Positions 63,571 to 64,000 of a DNA stretch of 64,000 nt are shown piece by piece (position 1 is the stretch's first letter; every line of letters begins with the position of its first letter). This stretch comes from an uncultured Actinomycetes bacterium (lineage in GTDB: Bacteria > Actinomycetota > UBA4738 > HRBIN12): positions 3,008,001-3,072,000 of the forward strand of contig OY969934.1 of NCBI GenBank assembly GCA_963704725.1, read 5' to 3'. The translations under genes were made by a program, and so were the position numbers. The notes under the pieces were generated by a model. It made no database searches, was not told where the DNA came from, and saw only the letters and a program-made list of their open reading frames with translations.

Positions 63571-64000
63571 GGCCACGCCGACAACGTCGCGCTCCGCCGG
63601 GCCATGGAGCTCGGCAAGCCCGAGCAGGTCTCCTCGCCCTCGACGAGATCAGGCGCGAGGCGTGGCGGCCGGAGGCGTTCCCGGCTCCCGCGGACCTCGT
63701 CCGCCGGCGTGAGTACGCCGAGTGGACCGTCCGCCAGAGGTTGCACCAGCCGCTCTCCCGCCGCCGGGTGCTCCAGGCCTATCGGACCCAGTGCGCCCTG
63801 TACCGCCTCCGCCCCGGCGAGCTCCTGGACGTCGCGCACATCAAGGAGGATTCGGACGGCGGCGAGCCGGTCGTCCCGAACGGGATCGCCATGTGCGCGA
63901 TCCACTACCGCGCGTTCGACTCGTTCGTGCTCGGCGTGCGCCCCGACTACGTGATCGAGGTCCGCCGCGACGTGCTCGACGAGTCGGACGGCCCGACGCT
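63571..64000 (+). pseudogene. Degraded second copy of the HNH endonuclease gene (runs off window)
   Basis: Matches 60462-60973 with deletions; CALC>CALY and HHRAFD>HYRAFD. Confidence 0.85.

Overview
High-GC window from an Actinomycetota-like genome (rex, bS22, SigK/RskA-like pair, many leaderless-type promoters). About 44 kb is one respiratory supercluster: (i) a 10-gene complex I-like operon nuoABCHIJKLMN lacking nuoD/E/F/G, followed by htpX; (ii) a complete nuoA-N operon preceded by a MenJ-like geranylgeranyl reductase and followed by a polyprenyl synthase; (iii) a caa3-type oxidase operon with ctaG (frameshifted) and a membrane-anchored double cupredoxin, plus a heme A/heme O synthase fusion and ccdA; (iv) a b6f-like Rieske/cytochrome b operon with split cytochrome b, ferredoxin and extra membrane subunits; (v) rex and several Rex boxes. 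The rest holds an ECF sigma/anti-sigma pair with a DUF4331-TPR-Ni/Co transporter operon, housekeeping genes (Clp1-like kinase, bS22) and, from about 58.7 kb, an accessory defence/TA island that truncates an SDR gene. Main observation: the same ~40-aa module (26/40 identical) sits on long Ala/Pro linkers at the C-terminus of NuoI of the NuoDEFG-less complex and at the N-terminus of cytochrome b subunit IV. It may be an undescribed docking domain linking the two complexes. All calls come from reading motifs by eye; no database search was run.
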